From contig CAUYUJ010000285.1 in NCBI GenBank assembly GCA_963575745.1, forward strand, positions 1-64,000: DNA of 64,000 nt, read 5' to 3'. The translations under genes were made by a program, and so were the position numbers. Shown here piece after piece: positions 47,760 to 60,910 of this stretch. Below the pieces are notes generated by a model, which saw only the letters and a program-made list of their open reading frames with translations, ran no database searches and had not been told where the DNA came from. Numbering within the stretch: the stretch's first letter is position 1; the number at the start of each line of letters is the position of its first letter. The stretch comes from Prorocentrum cordatum (taxonomy: Eukaryota).

Positions 47760-47926
47760 TACACCCTGCGAAATGCTTAAGAAATCATGGGTTAAGAAAC
47801 TCATAGTCTCAGATCTTGAAGAAACTCATAGTCTCTATCAAAATCTTAGGACTTACATTGAAACGTTAAGAATAATCGAGACTCTGGCCGAAAACTTAGG
47901 TTTTCTTAAGCATCGCCTAGGGTGTA
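47760..47926 (+). mobile_element. MITE family A, copy 4
   Basis: Same core, TACACCCT...AGGGTGTA. Confidence 0.85.
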
Positions 47927-49144
47927 CATGTTTAGCAAACTCGTATCCTTCATCTTCCCAGCGTTCATCACGGCTCGAGGGCCCCACACAGTGCCCCCAA
48001 GACGGCCCCGGAGGCCCCCAAGGCCGCCCGAGGACAGCCAGAGAGGGCTCCAAGACAGCCCACGAGGGCCCCCCCGAACGGCCTACGAGGACCGCAAAAG
48101 GGACCCAGGAGGGGGAACACGACTTCACAGCTGTGGCATTTTCCCCCCAAGGTGCCCCACGAGCCCCACGGGGGCCTCGGGGGCGCCCCCCACGAGGCCC
48201 CACGAAACCTCCAGGACCCCCAGAAGCCCCCCAGAAACCCCAAGATGCCCTCAAGAAGCCTTCCATCGTGCTGTTCTGGGGAGCAGTGACATGGCGTCAG
48301 CCACTTGAATAAGGAATGTTAGCCAGCGTGGGCCTCAAACCACGATGTCGTGCAATAGATGCGGTGCAATCTAGGTGGTGCAGTTCACTTTGACAGTCTT
48401 GAAACTGTCCTCTCCACTGCTCGTGCAAACATCCCACCCTCCCACCCTCGTCTTGGTCGCAAGACCATTTTACGACAAGACCGTAACGGTAGGTACCACA
48501 TGGCACTTGGCCACGACACCGACGCCGACGACGACAACGACAACGACGACGACGGCGCCACCGACACCGACTACGACGACACCGACGACAACGACGACGA
48601 CGACGACACCGACGACGACGACGACGACGCCGACGACGACGACGATGACAACGCCGACGACGACGACGACCACGGTGACAACGACGACGCCGACGCCGAC
48701 GACGACGAAGACAACGACGACGACGACGACGACAACGACGCCGCCAACGAAGACGACGACGACGAGGGAGGAGGGAGGACGACGACGGCGACGACGACGA
48801 CAACGACGAGGGAGGAGGGAGGACGGCGACGACGCGAACGACGAAGGAGGAGGGAGGACGGCGACGCCGACGCCGACAACGACGAGGGAGGAGGGAAGAC
48901 GACGACGATGACGACGACGACGGCGACGAAATAGGAGGGTCGACGACGAGACGCCGACGACGGACGACGACGTCGAGGGAAGAGGAAACGACGACCACGG
49001 CGACAACGACGACGGAAACGACCACGACGCCAAAGAGGAGGACGACGACGAACACGAGGAAAGACAGAGGACGACGTCGGCGATGACGACGACGACGACG
49101 CGGGAGGAGGGAGGACGGCGACGACGACGACGACCACGACGACG

Positions 49145-49800
49145 ACGACGCAAGAGCGCGCGCGAACGCTTTTGTTGAAAATCCGTTTTCGCAACCTTGT
49201 GATTTTGCAGGTTTTTTTTGGACGCACGATTTTGAAATCCTTCCGAAACCGAAGGGTTTTGAAGGATTTCGGAGGGAGGACGGCGACGACGACGACGGCG
49301 ACCACGACGACGACGACGACGCAAGAGCGCGCGCGCACGCTTTTGTTGAAAATCCGTATTGCGAAACCTTGTGATTTTGCACGTTTGTTTGGACACACGA
49401 TTTTGAAATCCTTCCGAAACCGAAGGGTTTTGAAGGATTTCGGCATACGCGCGCGACGACGCGCGCATCTGCACTTCGTCCCGTTTTTTGCAACGGATTC
49501 CCGCGACGGCACACGCGCAAGGGCGTTCGACAGATTTCGACATGCGCGCGCGCGCGAAGCCCGTTTGGTAGCATTTTGTGAAAATCTTGAACAACCTATG
49601 GTTTTCTGAAGATTTCGCAAGAGCTCGCGCGCAAGCCTTTTTTTAGGCAAATCAGTGTTGCGAAACCCTGTGTTTTTGTATGTTGTTGGGGAACTCGATT
49701 ACGAAATCCTTCCGACACCAAAGGTTTTTGAAGGATTTCGGCATGCGCGCGCGACGACGCGCGCGTGTGCACTTCGTCCCATTTTTTACAAGGGATTCGT
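49145..49800 (+). repeat. Three direct repeats containing GAAATCCTTCCGA.AC..AAGG.TTTTGAAGGATTTCGG
   Basis: Copies at ~49230, ~49400 and ~49700; each has an internal hairpin GAAATCCTTC/GAAGGATTTC. Confidence 0.8.
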
Positions 49801-50466
49801 GACAAAGTGTTATGTTAGAACAAAACATGTCACCGCATAGTGTTTTTTACAAGGGGACCTCGGGGGGGGGGGGGGAAAACGGCTGGCCTGGGACATTGTG
49901 GTTTCATATTTAGGATGGACATGTGGTCAGAATCATATGTGGTTTACCTAGGACGCGGGGGGGGTGATAACGCTTGGGGGGGGTAGAATCTATATCTCTT
50001 TTAGAAGGGAGAATCAATGTGGTGCGATTCTAGATGGTGCAACATATGTGGTGCAATATATGCGATGCAAAAAGCAATGCAAAGGGATGCGAAGCAACGC
50101 AAGGCGACGCAAAATTGGTGCAACTGCAGCGCAGAGGGATGCACAACAGTGCAAAGCGACGCCATGCGACGCCGTGCAGCAGCGCAACGCAACGCACCGC
50201 AACGCGAGGCACAGGCACGCAGAGCAGTGCAGTGCGCAGCAGCGCACGGCAGCGACGAGCGGCGACGGGCGGCCGCCCGCCGCCCGTCGCCGCCGCTCCG
50301 GCTCCGCTGCCCCAGCAGGCAGGCAAGAACCCCCAAGTGCAGGCACGACGAGGGGAAAAGGCATGGAGGAGGAGGAGGAGGAGGAGGAGGAGGAGGAGGA
50401 GGAGGAGGGGGAGGAGGAGGAGGAGGGGGAGGAGGAGGAGGAGGGGGAGGAGGAGGGGGAGGAGGC

Positions 50467-50547
50467 CTTGCTCGGGGACTTGGCATCGAGCGCCTCCTGC
50501 GGCTGGTCGCTGCTCAGCGAACGCGGGCGCCAGGGCAGCCGCCTGGC
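50467..50547 (-). CDS. Candidate upstream exon: ARRLPWRPRSLSSDQPQEALDAKSPSK
   Basis: 81 nt, ccag|G acceptor, AAG|GC donor, phase 0/0, high GC3. No homology support. Confidence 0.42.
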
Positions 50548-50667
50548 CTGGCCACGCGCAGACTGCCAGCGCTCACTCGAGCCTTTCTTCTCTCCCTGTC
50601 GTCGTCGTCTTTCGCCGTCGTGGCGGTTGTCGTGGTCGAAGTCGTCGTCACCGAGGCCGTCGCCGTG

Positions 50668-50698
<31 letters not shown>

Positions 50699-52321
50699 GC
50701 GTCATCGCGATCGTCGTCCCTCTTTCCCTCTCTTGTCCCTGGACTGACGCGCCGCCCTGCGCGCGAGAGGCATCGAGCGTGCCAGTATGATCCTCAGGAT
50801 CATGCCAGCAAACACTGGACGTCTCTCGGCGCGTCATCCTGAGACGTCGCGTGCTCTCCATCGCTCGGACGTCCATTCCCCGTGCACCGCTCTGCCTCGC
50901 GCCCCCTTTGTTCCCCCCGTTGGAAAATCCAGGATGCTCTCTTCGATGGCCCAGCTGTCCTGGCGCTGGCCTCGCTGAGGAGGACTGCCGAGAGGGTGCC
51001 CCTGACAGAGGGAACAGACAATGACATGAACATGAACACTCGGAGGCCCGCGCGGACCTCCGAGCTCGTATGCTCATGCCAGTGTTCGCCCCCCTAGAGG
51101 AGGAGGAGGAGGAGGAGGAGGAGGAGGAGGAGGAGGAGGAGGAGGAGGAGGAGGAGGAGGAGGGAGGAGGAGGAGGAGGAGGAGGAGGAGGAGGAGGAGC
51201 AGGAGGAGGAGGAGGAGGAGGAGGAGGAGGAGGGGGAGGAGGGGGAGGATACTGCAGGACGACGACCCTGCCCGTGGCACCCGAGGCGAGGCCGTGCCTC
51301 CCCGCCCCGGGCGGCCCCTGCCCGCGGCAGGCCCCCGCGCCGTGGCGGCCCCGCCGCTGGCCTCCGGGATCTCGGCGGGCGGTGGGCACGGGCGCGCGTG
51401 CACGGTGCGGGGCGCTGGCCCTAAGGAGCCCTGGAGAAGAAACCCAAGCCTGAAGCTCCGCGCGCGAGGAAACCAAGAGCACCTTGAACGCAGCAGCTTG
51501 TTCAACGGCTGCGGGAATTCACCGCGCAGCGCGCGGAGCGAAGAAACCCGGTCGGGGCGCTGGCCTGAGGAACCCTGGCTAAGGAACGAGGCCCCCTGGT
51601 TCCCATAGCCCCCCAAGGGGCCCCGGGGGAGCCCCAGACGCCGCCAAGGAGCCCCAAGACGCTCCCAAGAAGCCCCCTAAGGGGCCCCCAAGACGGCCCC
51701 AAGAGGCCCCAAATAGCGCTCCAGGGCCGGCGGAATGAGCGAAGCGATTAAATAAGGAGCGAGGCCCCTGGTTCCCATGAGTTAAGTTTTGATCTCGCAT
51801 GGAGAACGGAAGGAAAACCCGAGGCAGACTGTACAACGTTCAAGGAACACCGAGCCCCTCCCCAACGAAAAGTCTTCCTTCCTCAGCGCCCCGACTATAG
51901 GGGAACGAAGAGTGGCATGAACATAAACACTCGAAGGTCCGCGCGGAATTCTCGGATCGGCACTGGACCCCGCTCCCTGGCGCGCGGCGCGCGATCCATG
52001 GGCGGCCTCGTTCGGCGGCGGGAATCCGCGATTTCCCATGGAAACGGGACCCGTCGCTGATCCACGCCCCCTTGATCCATGTTTGCGATCGCCTGAACAC
52101 GTGCCCACTCCAGCAGGGATCGACCTAGACGGTGTTTTCTGCTTTCGTTTTGTGTTCGTGCTCCCTCATGTCCCCTCTGCTGCAAAACGACATCGTAACG
52201 AAGACGGACCACGAGATCGCCAAAGCACCGTGTAGGTCGAGCCCTCCCCTCCAGTGCCCGGATGTATCCACATCCACCGCCTGCCCAGGTCCCTGAAGAT
52301 CGATAACGCTCGGGCCAGAAC

Positions 52322-52520
52322 TCGGCGGCGAGCCCAGGGGGGAAATGAGAAGGGGCGGGCCTTCTCAGCAGGCTCGAAAGTCCTCCCCGGCCTTCTGAAA
52401 GTTTGCTGAGCCTCCCCCGAAGACACAGAGCACTTCTCAAAGGCCGAAGCGCCTCTGAGAAGTCCCGCCGCCTTCTGAGAAGGCCTTCTCATTCTCACTT
52501 CCCCCCCTGCTCGCCGCCGA
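52322..52520. mobile_element. TCGGCGGCGAGC-TIR element, TSD AGAAC
   Basis: AGAAC|TCGGCGGCGAGC...GCTCGCCGCCGA|AGAAC. Confidence 0.85.
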
Positions 52521-54326
52521 AGAACGGGTCCAGGGCTCGCTGATTGAGTACGGCGAGTTCGTGTCGTGGCGACTTCGGCGTTGGTTTCTGACACCGCGGA
52601 TCGTTCAATCTTGGACGATCGGCGGCTTCGCGAAGGCCAGACTGTTCTCTGTTGGCTGATTGTGGACCATCAGCTGCGTTCAACTTTGCGGCGACCCCGC
52701 GGCGACTCGACGCGAACCTGCGTGGGGCAACCCATGGCGGCACAATTAGTGTAGCATGCGTCTGCCCTCCCGCAAGCGCCGCAGAGCGCGGTGCGAACAT
52801 TTGGCCGTGGTATCGTAAGCACATGAAGGGCGCGCTGCTCGGTCCATGCCGTTCACAACAATGTTGTTCGACCCTTCTTTGGCAACTCCCGCGGCCAGCC
52901 CCACGAAGACCGACCTCTTCGCGCTGCCAACATTCGAGCTAAATTTGAAGCGCCTTCCAGCCGTTGACGTTCCCGCCCTACCCCGCGACCAAATCTTCGC
53001 CCACGATCCGCCCAACCAAGGGCGATGGACGCCACAGTGCCACGGGACGACGCGGATGGCCGTGACCAGCATGGGAGGCTGAAAAGTTGGCACCAGCACC
53101 AGCATCGGCGGCTGGGCGCGGACGACGGGAGGGGGCTCCTTCTCGCCTCCCCCCAGCGCTCGCCGCCAGACTGGGGGACGGCACGAGGGCGCGAGCAAAG
53201 CAGCCGCGCGGCGCGCGGGCCGCGGCGCGCGACGCTCGCTGCCTCCGCCTCGCCCCGCGCCGCTGCCCGTCCTCCTCGGCACCTCCTGCCTCCCCCCCTC
53301 CCCGCCCTGGCCTCCGCCCGCTCCTGCCTCCACCTCGCCCCGCGTCGCTCCTCCTCCTCCTCCCCCTGCTCCTCCTCCTCCTCCTCCTCCTCCTCCTCCT
53401 CCTCCTCGACCCCGCGGCCCGCGCGGCGCCTCCTCCCCGCGCCGGAGCGTGCACGAGGCGCCCTCGCCGCCGCCGGGAGTGCCTCGGGGCCCGGCGGCCG
53501 CCCACCGAGGCGGGGGAGAGACCGCCGTCGGGGCGTGCCGCAAGGAGGGGGGCGGAGGAGGAGATGAGGAGAGAGGTGAGGAGGAGGAGGAGGAGGAGGA
53601 GGAGGAGGAGGAGGAGGAGGAGGACGAGGAGGAGGAGGAGGAGGTGGAGGGGGAGGAAGAGGAGGAGGAGGAGGAGGAGAGGAGGAGGAGGGGAGGAGGA
53701 GGAGGGTGGAAGGGAGGGAGGTGGAGGAGGATGGAGGTGGAGGAGGAGGAGGAGGGAGGAGGAGGAGGAGGAGGGGAGGAGGAGGAGGAGGAGGTGGGAG
53801 GAGGAGGAGGAGGGAGGAGGAGGAGGAGGAGGAGGAGGAGCAGGAGGAGGAGGAGGAGGAGGAGGAAGAGGCTCCCGCACGTCGATTCGCAAGTGTAGCT
53901 CTCGCCCTCGCGCCGCACGCATTCGTCGGGAACACTTGCAGCCATTCGCAGGGGTGCGGAGGTCTGAGAGTACGGATTTCCCCGGCGGTGGACGTGCACA
54001 CACCCCCGACTCGCATGGTCTTGCCGACCCGTGAGGGGACAGCCGAATCCAGCCGAGACGCTCAGATACGTTCGCACCTGGGACATAATAAGGCCGTTCA
54101 AGAGCACGAGACCCTCCGCTGGCCAAACTGAAGAACATGCGAGGGTACCCTCCCCCAGGATGAACAACAGCATCCAGCAAACACGAAAACCATGCGTCAG
54201 AAGTCGCTGGCGGCGGCAGGGCTTCTCGGAAACCCTGTGGCCTCTTGAAAACCCTCCGTGGCTTGGGGGATGGCCTGGAAAGCTTCCCGGAAGGCCAGAG
54301 GCCTTCTGAACCTTCTGTGATAGGCG

Positions 54327-54461
54327 TGTTTTCCACCACCACCATAAGTTGGAGGGGGGTTGTCCTCCTCCTCCTCCTCATCCTCCTCCTCCTCCTCCTC
54401 TTCGTCCTCCTCCTCCTTTTCCTCCTCCTTCCCCCCTTCATGGTGGTGGTGGTGGAAAACA
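54327..54461. mobile_element. Small TGT...ACA TIR element enclosing (CCT)n
   Basis: TGTTTTCCACCACCACCA / TGGTGGTGGTGGAAAACA; flanks GGCG/GGCT. Confidence 0.55.
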
Positions 54462-54551
54462 GGCTCATCATTCTGAGAAGGCTGCCTTCCCCCTAGGGCG
54501 CGCCGTCGATTGAGGAAACCAGGACAAACACGTAAACTGCGAAAGCGCTCA

Positions 54552-55271
54552 GGAGAAGCACAGTCTCAACCGCCTCCCCCCCAAAACACACACACACACA
54601 CAACACATACGTACATAAACAAAAACCTAGTTGGTGAAGGCGACGAACTCAGAAACTACCCTCACCCCTCTTCTTGATACCACATACATGTTGCAACCAG
54701 CATCAACCGAACACACCTGTCACAACCGACAAACTCGACGAACATATCCACATAACCCCCGACAACAACATACATCAAACTCTTAGAGAGGCTCTCTTTA
54801 GTTCCCCCCGACAGGCAGGGGTACTTTTTCGGGGCCCTGAGCAAACAGTGACGCCAAAGGTGGCGGCAGCGATAGCGTGTTGAGGAGGGGAGCGAGAACA
54901 AAGGGGTAATTCGGAGAAGCACAGTCTCAACCGCCTCCCCCCCAAAACACACACACACACAACACATACGTACATAAACAAAAACCTAGTTGGTGAAGGC
55001 GACGAACTCAGAAACTACCCTCACCCCTCTTCTTGATACCACATACATGTTGCAACCAGCATCAACCGAACACACCTGTCACAACCGACAAACTCGACGA
55101 ACATATCCACATAACCCCCGACAACAACATACATCAAACTCTTAGAGAGGCTCTCTTTAGTTCCCCCCGACAGGCAGGGGTACTTTTTCGGGGCCCTGAG
55201 CAAACAGTGACGCCAAAGGTGGCGGCAGCGATAGCGTGTTGAGGAGGGGAGCGAGAACAAAGGGGTAATTC
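54552..55271 (+). repeat. ~360-bp tandem duplication
   Basis: 54552-54912 and 54913-55271 appear identical except for the length of a CA repeat. Confidence 0.95.
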
Positions 55272-55569
55272 GCCAGCCCAACGGGCCAAAGGCGTGCTAA
55301 GATCTCCGGCACCTGGTTAACAATATTTCTAGTTCGCACGCGCGGAGCGACCCCTGGGGCCCTCGGACGAAAATACCCCGGCCAAGGTCCCGGTCCACTC
55401 CCGGGCGATCACCCCAAAACGCCACAGGGGAGGGCCATTTTTCGACACCCCTCACGAGGATCGTGGCCTCCGGGGGGGAGCCGCAAGCGACTGCCTCCCC
55501 CTCCCGCCCCAAGAGGCTCCCCAAAGCCCCCCAAAAGTCGATACATCCGTCTGAAAATATTCAACCGCG

Positions 55570-57100
55570 CCAGAGCACCATTCCCAGGACTTCAACGCCG
55601 CGACTCAACGTGACTGCTGCGTCCTGACAATCCTAAATCGGGACTGAACACTACTGGGACTTTAACACCACGAATCAACGTGATTGGTTTGCCCTGACAT
55701 TCCCAAGTCGCACCAAAACACCAGTCCTGGACTGCAACCTTATGAATACTTGAATTTGTTGTGGCATTTAGAAGCAATGCGCGCAGCAATGCGCGCAGCA
55801 CTACGGCGAGAACCACTCATTGAAAAGGAACCGCCTGTCACCCTTGAAACTGCTTCAAGCTGTGAAGCCAACGTGTGCGGATATAGGGCGAGAGCCACAT
55901 TTTGAAAACCACCCGCCTCCATCGTCAAAGCTACTGCAAGCTTTGAAGCCAATGTGTGCGGCGGGGCGAGAGCCACATCTTGAAAACCATCTTCCTCCAT
56001 CCTGGAAGCTGTTGCAAGCTTTTGAAACGAATGTGCGTGACTCTCAGGCGAGACCCACATTTTGAAAGCCTCCCGCCCCACGTCCTTGAAGTTGTTGCAA
56101 ACTTCAAGCTTCAGGATCATAGATGGTGGGGCGGTATCAAGCGAAACACCCCACGTCTGTGGGTGCGACGTGAGACAGGGAGGAGTTATGCAGGAGTCAA
56201 AGGAGTGGACGAGGAGGAGGAGGAGGACCAGTGTAAGCCCAAGAGTCATCAACGATAGAATCAACCGTCCCTCCAAGCTCCCTCTTCATAGGCTCCTACA
56301 ACGGCTCATTTCCATTGAAGGAACTGCCTCGTTGCAAGACACCCGTTTGAAGACCTTGAATACTGCCAAAGCGTTGTTCTCGGGATTCCATGCCACGGAT
56401 CAACCTGACTACTGCGTCCTGGCGATCTGGAATCCGGTGAAAACGCCATTTGGGGGACTTCAACACCGCGGATCATCATAACTGTTGCACCCGCGTGACC
56501 CTGCATCCTTCCAAAACGCCATCTCTGGTACGCTGATCATGGGAACCCGTGAAAACCTTGCAAATGTTTAGGACGAGTGTGCGCGGCGCTAAAGCGAGAG
56601 CCACATTTTGAAAACGAGCCGCCCTCAATCCGTGAAACTCTTGCAGTTGTAAAAAACGAATGTGCGCGGCGCTGAAGCGAGATCCACATGTTGAAAACCT
56701 GCCTTCAACCCGTGAAACTCTAGCACATTTTAAAACGACTGTGCGCGGCGCTAAAACGAAAACCGCATTTTGAAAACTACCCGCCTTCAATCCGTGAAAC
56801 TCTTGCACATGTTTATTTGTAAAAAAAAATGTGCGCGGCGCTAAGGTGAGAGCCACATTTTGAAAACAAACCGCCCTCAATGCGTGAAACCCTTGCAAAT
56901 GTTTAAAGCGAATGCGCGCGGCGCTAAGACGAGAGCCACATTTTGAAAGCGACCCGCCCTCAATCCATGAAGCTTTCTAAAACGAACGTGCGCGGCGCTA
57001 AGGCTAGCGCCACATTTCGAAAACCAACCGCCCCCAATCCATGAAATTCTTACCATTTCAAAGCTTCAGAATCATACGTGGTGAAGGAATCTCAGGCGAA
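55570..57100 (+). repeat. ~0.9-kb repeat family with internal ~78-bp subrepeats; other copies at ~6610-7335, ~31955-32385, ~42600-43440
   Basis: Shared GTGCGCGGCGCTAAAGCGAGAGCCACATTTTGAAAAC units and GAGGAG..GTAAACCCAAGA..CATCA motif. Confidence 0.85.
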
Positions 57101-58434
57101 ACGCCCGGCCCAGCCTAAATACTGGCCTCGGGGTGCGACAGGGAAAAATTATTCATACGGAGAAGGAATGGAAAGAGAGGAGGAGGATGAGCTTCATCAA
57201 GCAGTGGATCGGTTGGGCGGGGAGAGCGCGGCAGCGGCGCGCGTCGCGAAGGCCTGTGCCGCGGCGGAGGGCCGTGGACGGAACCTCCAGACCGTCGGTC
57301 ACGATCGGCTGCGTCGCGCCTGGCGTCTGCGCGTTTCCCAGAGGCGCGCCCAGGGAGGGAGGCAAGGGGTGCGGGCCTTCTCAGAAGGCTCAGGAAGCCC
57401 GCCCTTCCGAGAAGCTTGCCAGGCCTCCTCCAAAGCCTCATGGTGTTTCTGGGAAGCCCGGGAGGGCAGAGGGAGCGCGGGCCTTCTCGGAGAGCTCAGA
57501 AGGCCTCCGGCCTTCTGAGAAGCTTCCTGAGCCTTCTCCGAAGACAGAGGCGGCTTCTCAGAAGCTTCTCACTTCCCCCATCGGCGCACCGCCGAGTGTC
57601 CCCCCCTACCCCCCCGCGAGGCTTGCGACTGGAAGAACGATCAGTGCGGAGCTGATTGCCCAGATGGGCGGTCGGTGGGTCGGGGCAGCCCAGCCTGGCA
57701 GGCAAACTGCAGAGGAGGCAGGCAAGCATGGAGGTTTGGAATTCCTTGAAGTGGGCGTGGCCATGGCTGGATCAACTGGCTCAGACCAGATGGAGCACAG
57801 TGGCCAGGGGCTGGAAAGACTCTGGGAACACTGGTCTGTGAAAACGCTGAGCTGTTCCGTGCTGGAGCTTTTACGCATCAATCCGTCCTCCCTTCTCCCT
57901 CCTCCATCCCCTCCCTCCTCCCTGCTCCCTTCACCTCCCTCCTCCTCCCTCCCCCTCTCCCTGTCCCACTTTCCTCCGTCGTATCTCTTTTCTCCACACC
58001 CGACAGGTTGGGGTTGGTAGACTTCAGCAGGCCCCCCTGGCCAACCCCACCCTGCATACCGCGGCCGCCAGACCCCAAATTGTCCCGAGAATCCCAAAGG
58101 CACTGTGTGGCGGCATCCTTGTTTTGATATCTGCACTGTACGCATCCACGGACTACAGGCCGTCTCCTAGGCTTGAGTTGCACTTGGCCCACCTTGTTGG
58201 CAAGGCGGGTCCTCTCCTCTCTGAATTCGCGGCTGTCTTTGGAATCCCGAGTATCCAAGGCGTCCCGCCCCGCGCCCGGCCAACCCCACCCTGCATACCG
58301 CGGCCGCCAGACCCCAAGTTGTCCCGCGTGTCCCGGGTGTCCCGCCTCGCGCCTGGACAATCCCCCACTCTGCACACCGCTGCCGCCAGACTTCAAGCCG
58401 TCCCGATGATCCCGCCTCACGCCCTCGACGAACA

Positions 58435-59265
58435 CGACAGAACACAACATACGTAATATAACATAACCGAGCATCACATACACATTGGCATACCATATCA
58501 TATCATGACACATCGTCACATGACATATGGTAACATTACAGCAGAGCAGAGCGACGACGATCACGACATAACACAACATGAAACGAAATAACCTGACATA
58601 CCATAACAATAGCATCACATAACATAGCAGAACATCAGTCATACCATGACACAATAGAGCATCACATACCATCACACAACATACCATAGTATACCATTGT
58701 ATGCCATAGTACGGTGTAACACAACATAACATAACGTAACCGATCATAGCATAACACACCATGGCATAGCATCTCATATCATGCCTTATCACAACATAAC
58801 ATGTCATAACACGACAACAGAGCAGAACGACACATTCTAGCAAACCAGACCATACCATATCATACAGGTCTGAGAAGTTATCACAAACAAACATCACATG
58901 ACATACCACATCAGAGCATGGTAGGCCTAACATAACACACCTTGACATACCATATCATAGCATGGCACCGACTCACAAAACATCTCATAACACGACAGCC
59001 AGGCATAGCGACGACGCACACGACCATACACATCATGACGCAACATAACAAACCACAAGCATGTCATACCATGGCATAACATACCGTAGCATTGTCGTGG
59101 CAACATCAAACATTACATAGTATCACATAAACTACCATACTAGAACATGACAGACCAGAAGGCGACATAACACAACATGACACAGCATGACCGAACATGC
59201 CATAACACACCTTGATATAACATATCATATAATGACACAGTGTCACATAACATCTCATAACATCA
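58435..59265 (+). repeat. Degenerate 5-mer satellite (CATAA/CATAC); TTGCA-type 5-mer tracts also at 23400-23870 and 50060-50250
   Basis: Direct inspection. Confidence 0.8.
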
Positions 59266-59424
59266 AGTTAGCCGTCGCCTACGGCATTCTCCTATCGCGA
59301 CGACCCTGGCGATGGTTTCCAACATCGAGTGGATCGTTCAAGCTTGAACGATCGGCTGCTTTCCGATCTCCAGATAGACGCCGGAGGCGGAGTCGCCGAT
59401 GGTCGAGGCGACGCGGACCTCCCG

Positions 59425-59593
59425 TACACCCTGCGAAATGCTCAAGAAATCATGGGTTAAGAAATTCATCGTCTCAGAACTTGAACTGAAACCCAACATT
59501 TCCATTCAAATCTTAGGATTTACATTGAAACGTTAAGAATAATCGAGACTCTGGCCGAAAACTTGGGTTTTCTTAAGCATCGCCTAAGGTGTA
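59425..59593 (+). mobile_element. MITE family A, copy 5
   Basis: Same core, TA at both ends. Confidence 0.85.
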
Positions 59594-60306
59594 GGGCAGC
59601 ACAGAGCGGACTATGCGATTGACCCCCAGGCCCCCTACGCCGATCTCTCCGTCCGGTGCTCAGCCCGACCTGCCGTCTCCCTGCCCTGCCAACCGCTCGG
59701 TCTGCCTCCCCCGAGCCCCCGCTCCACCCCGCCTCCCCGTCCAGCGTTTTCAACACGCCCTTCTACGCCACGAAAGTACATGCACAGACACCCTCCGACG
59801 AGCTTTGCATGTACCTTCAGGGAGGGCGGCGTCGCGCAGTGTCGCTGGGCCTCAGCGGTGGCTTCTACACCGCCGCCCTCCCCTGAGGCCCAGGAGCAGT
59901 CCGTCGGAGGGTGCCTGAATACATTTGTTTGCGGCGGACCTTACTCCTCCGCAGCGCTCGCCCTGCTCCCCCCGTTCCCGTGGCCCCCGATTGCCTCTGA
60001 GCAGCCTGCCAGGGGCCGGCGCGCCGCCGTCAGCCAGGGGCGCCTCGCGGCGGAGCGGAGGGGCGAACAGAGCTGGACGCCGCCGCCAACGCGCGCCGCA
60101 ATCTGGGCCGATGGCCGCGAAGTCCTGGGAAGCTTGGAGCGAAGGCGCCGGGGGGAGCACGAGGAAGAGGGGGCGGAAAAGGAGGAGGAGGAGGAGGAGG
60201 AGGAGGAGGAGGAGGAGGGAGGAGGAGGAGGAGGAGGAGGAGGAGGAGAAGGAGGAGGAGGATGAGGAGGAGAATGGGGAGGATGGGGGGGGAGGGGGAG
60301 GAAGAA

Positions 60307-60338
<32 letters not shown>

Positions 60339-60431
60339 GAAGGACGAGGAGGAGGAGGAGGAGGAGGAGGGGGGAGGAGGACGAGGACGAGGAGGAGGGG
60401 GAGGGGGAGAAGGAGAAGGAGGAGGAGAAGG

Positions 60432-60852
60432 ATAATCATAATACTAACACTAATACTAATACGAATACTAACACTAATAATAATAATAACAACAATAATA
60501 ATACGAACACTAATAATATTAATAACAATGAAAATAAGAATAATAATAATAGCAACACTAATAACAACAATAATAATACTAATACTAATACTAATAATAA
60601 TAACAATACTACTAACAATGAGAATACTACTAATACTAATACTAACACTAACACTAATACTAATACTAATACTAATAATACTACTACTACTGCTAATAAT
60701 AATATTATTAATAATAATAATAATAATAACAATAACAATAACAATAATAATAATAATAATAATAATAATACCAATAATAACAATAATAACAATAATAATA
60801 CTAATCATACTAATACGAATAATAATAATAATACTACTAATAATAATACTAC

Positions 60853-60901
<49 letters not shown>

Positions 60902-60908
60902 AATAATA
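60432..60908 (+). repeat. (TAA)n microsatellite
   Basis: Direct inspection. Confidence 0.95.
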
Positions 60909-60910
60909 CG

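Noticed and set aside
50950..60130. Other GC-rich exon-like patches (50950-51002, 51255-51390, 52570-53080, 57200-57320, 57650-57880, 59940-60126)
   Set aside because: Frame, strand and splice sites are ambiguous and there is no recognisable homology.
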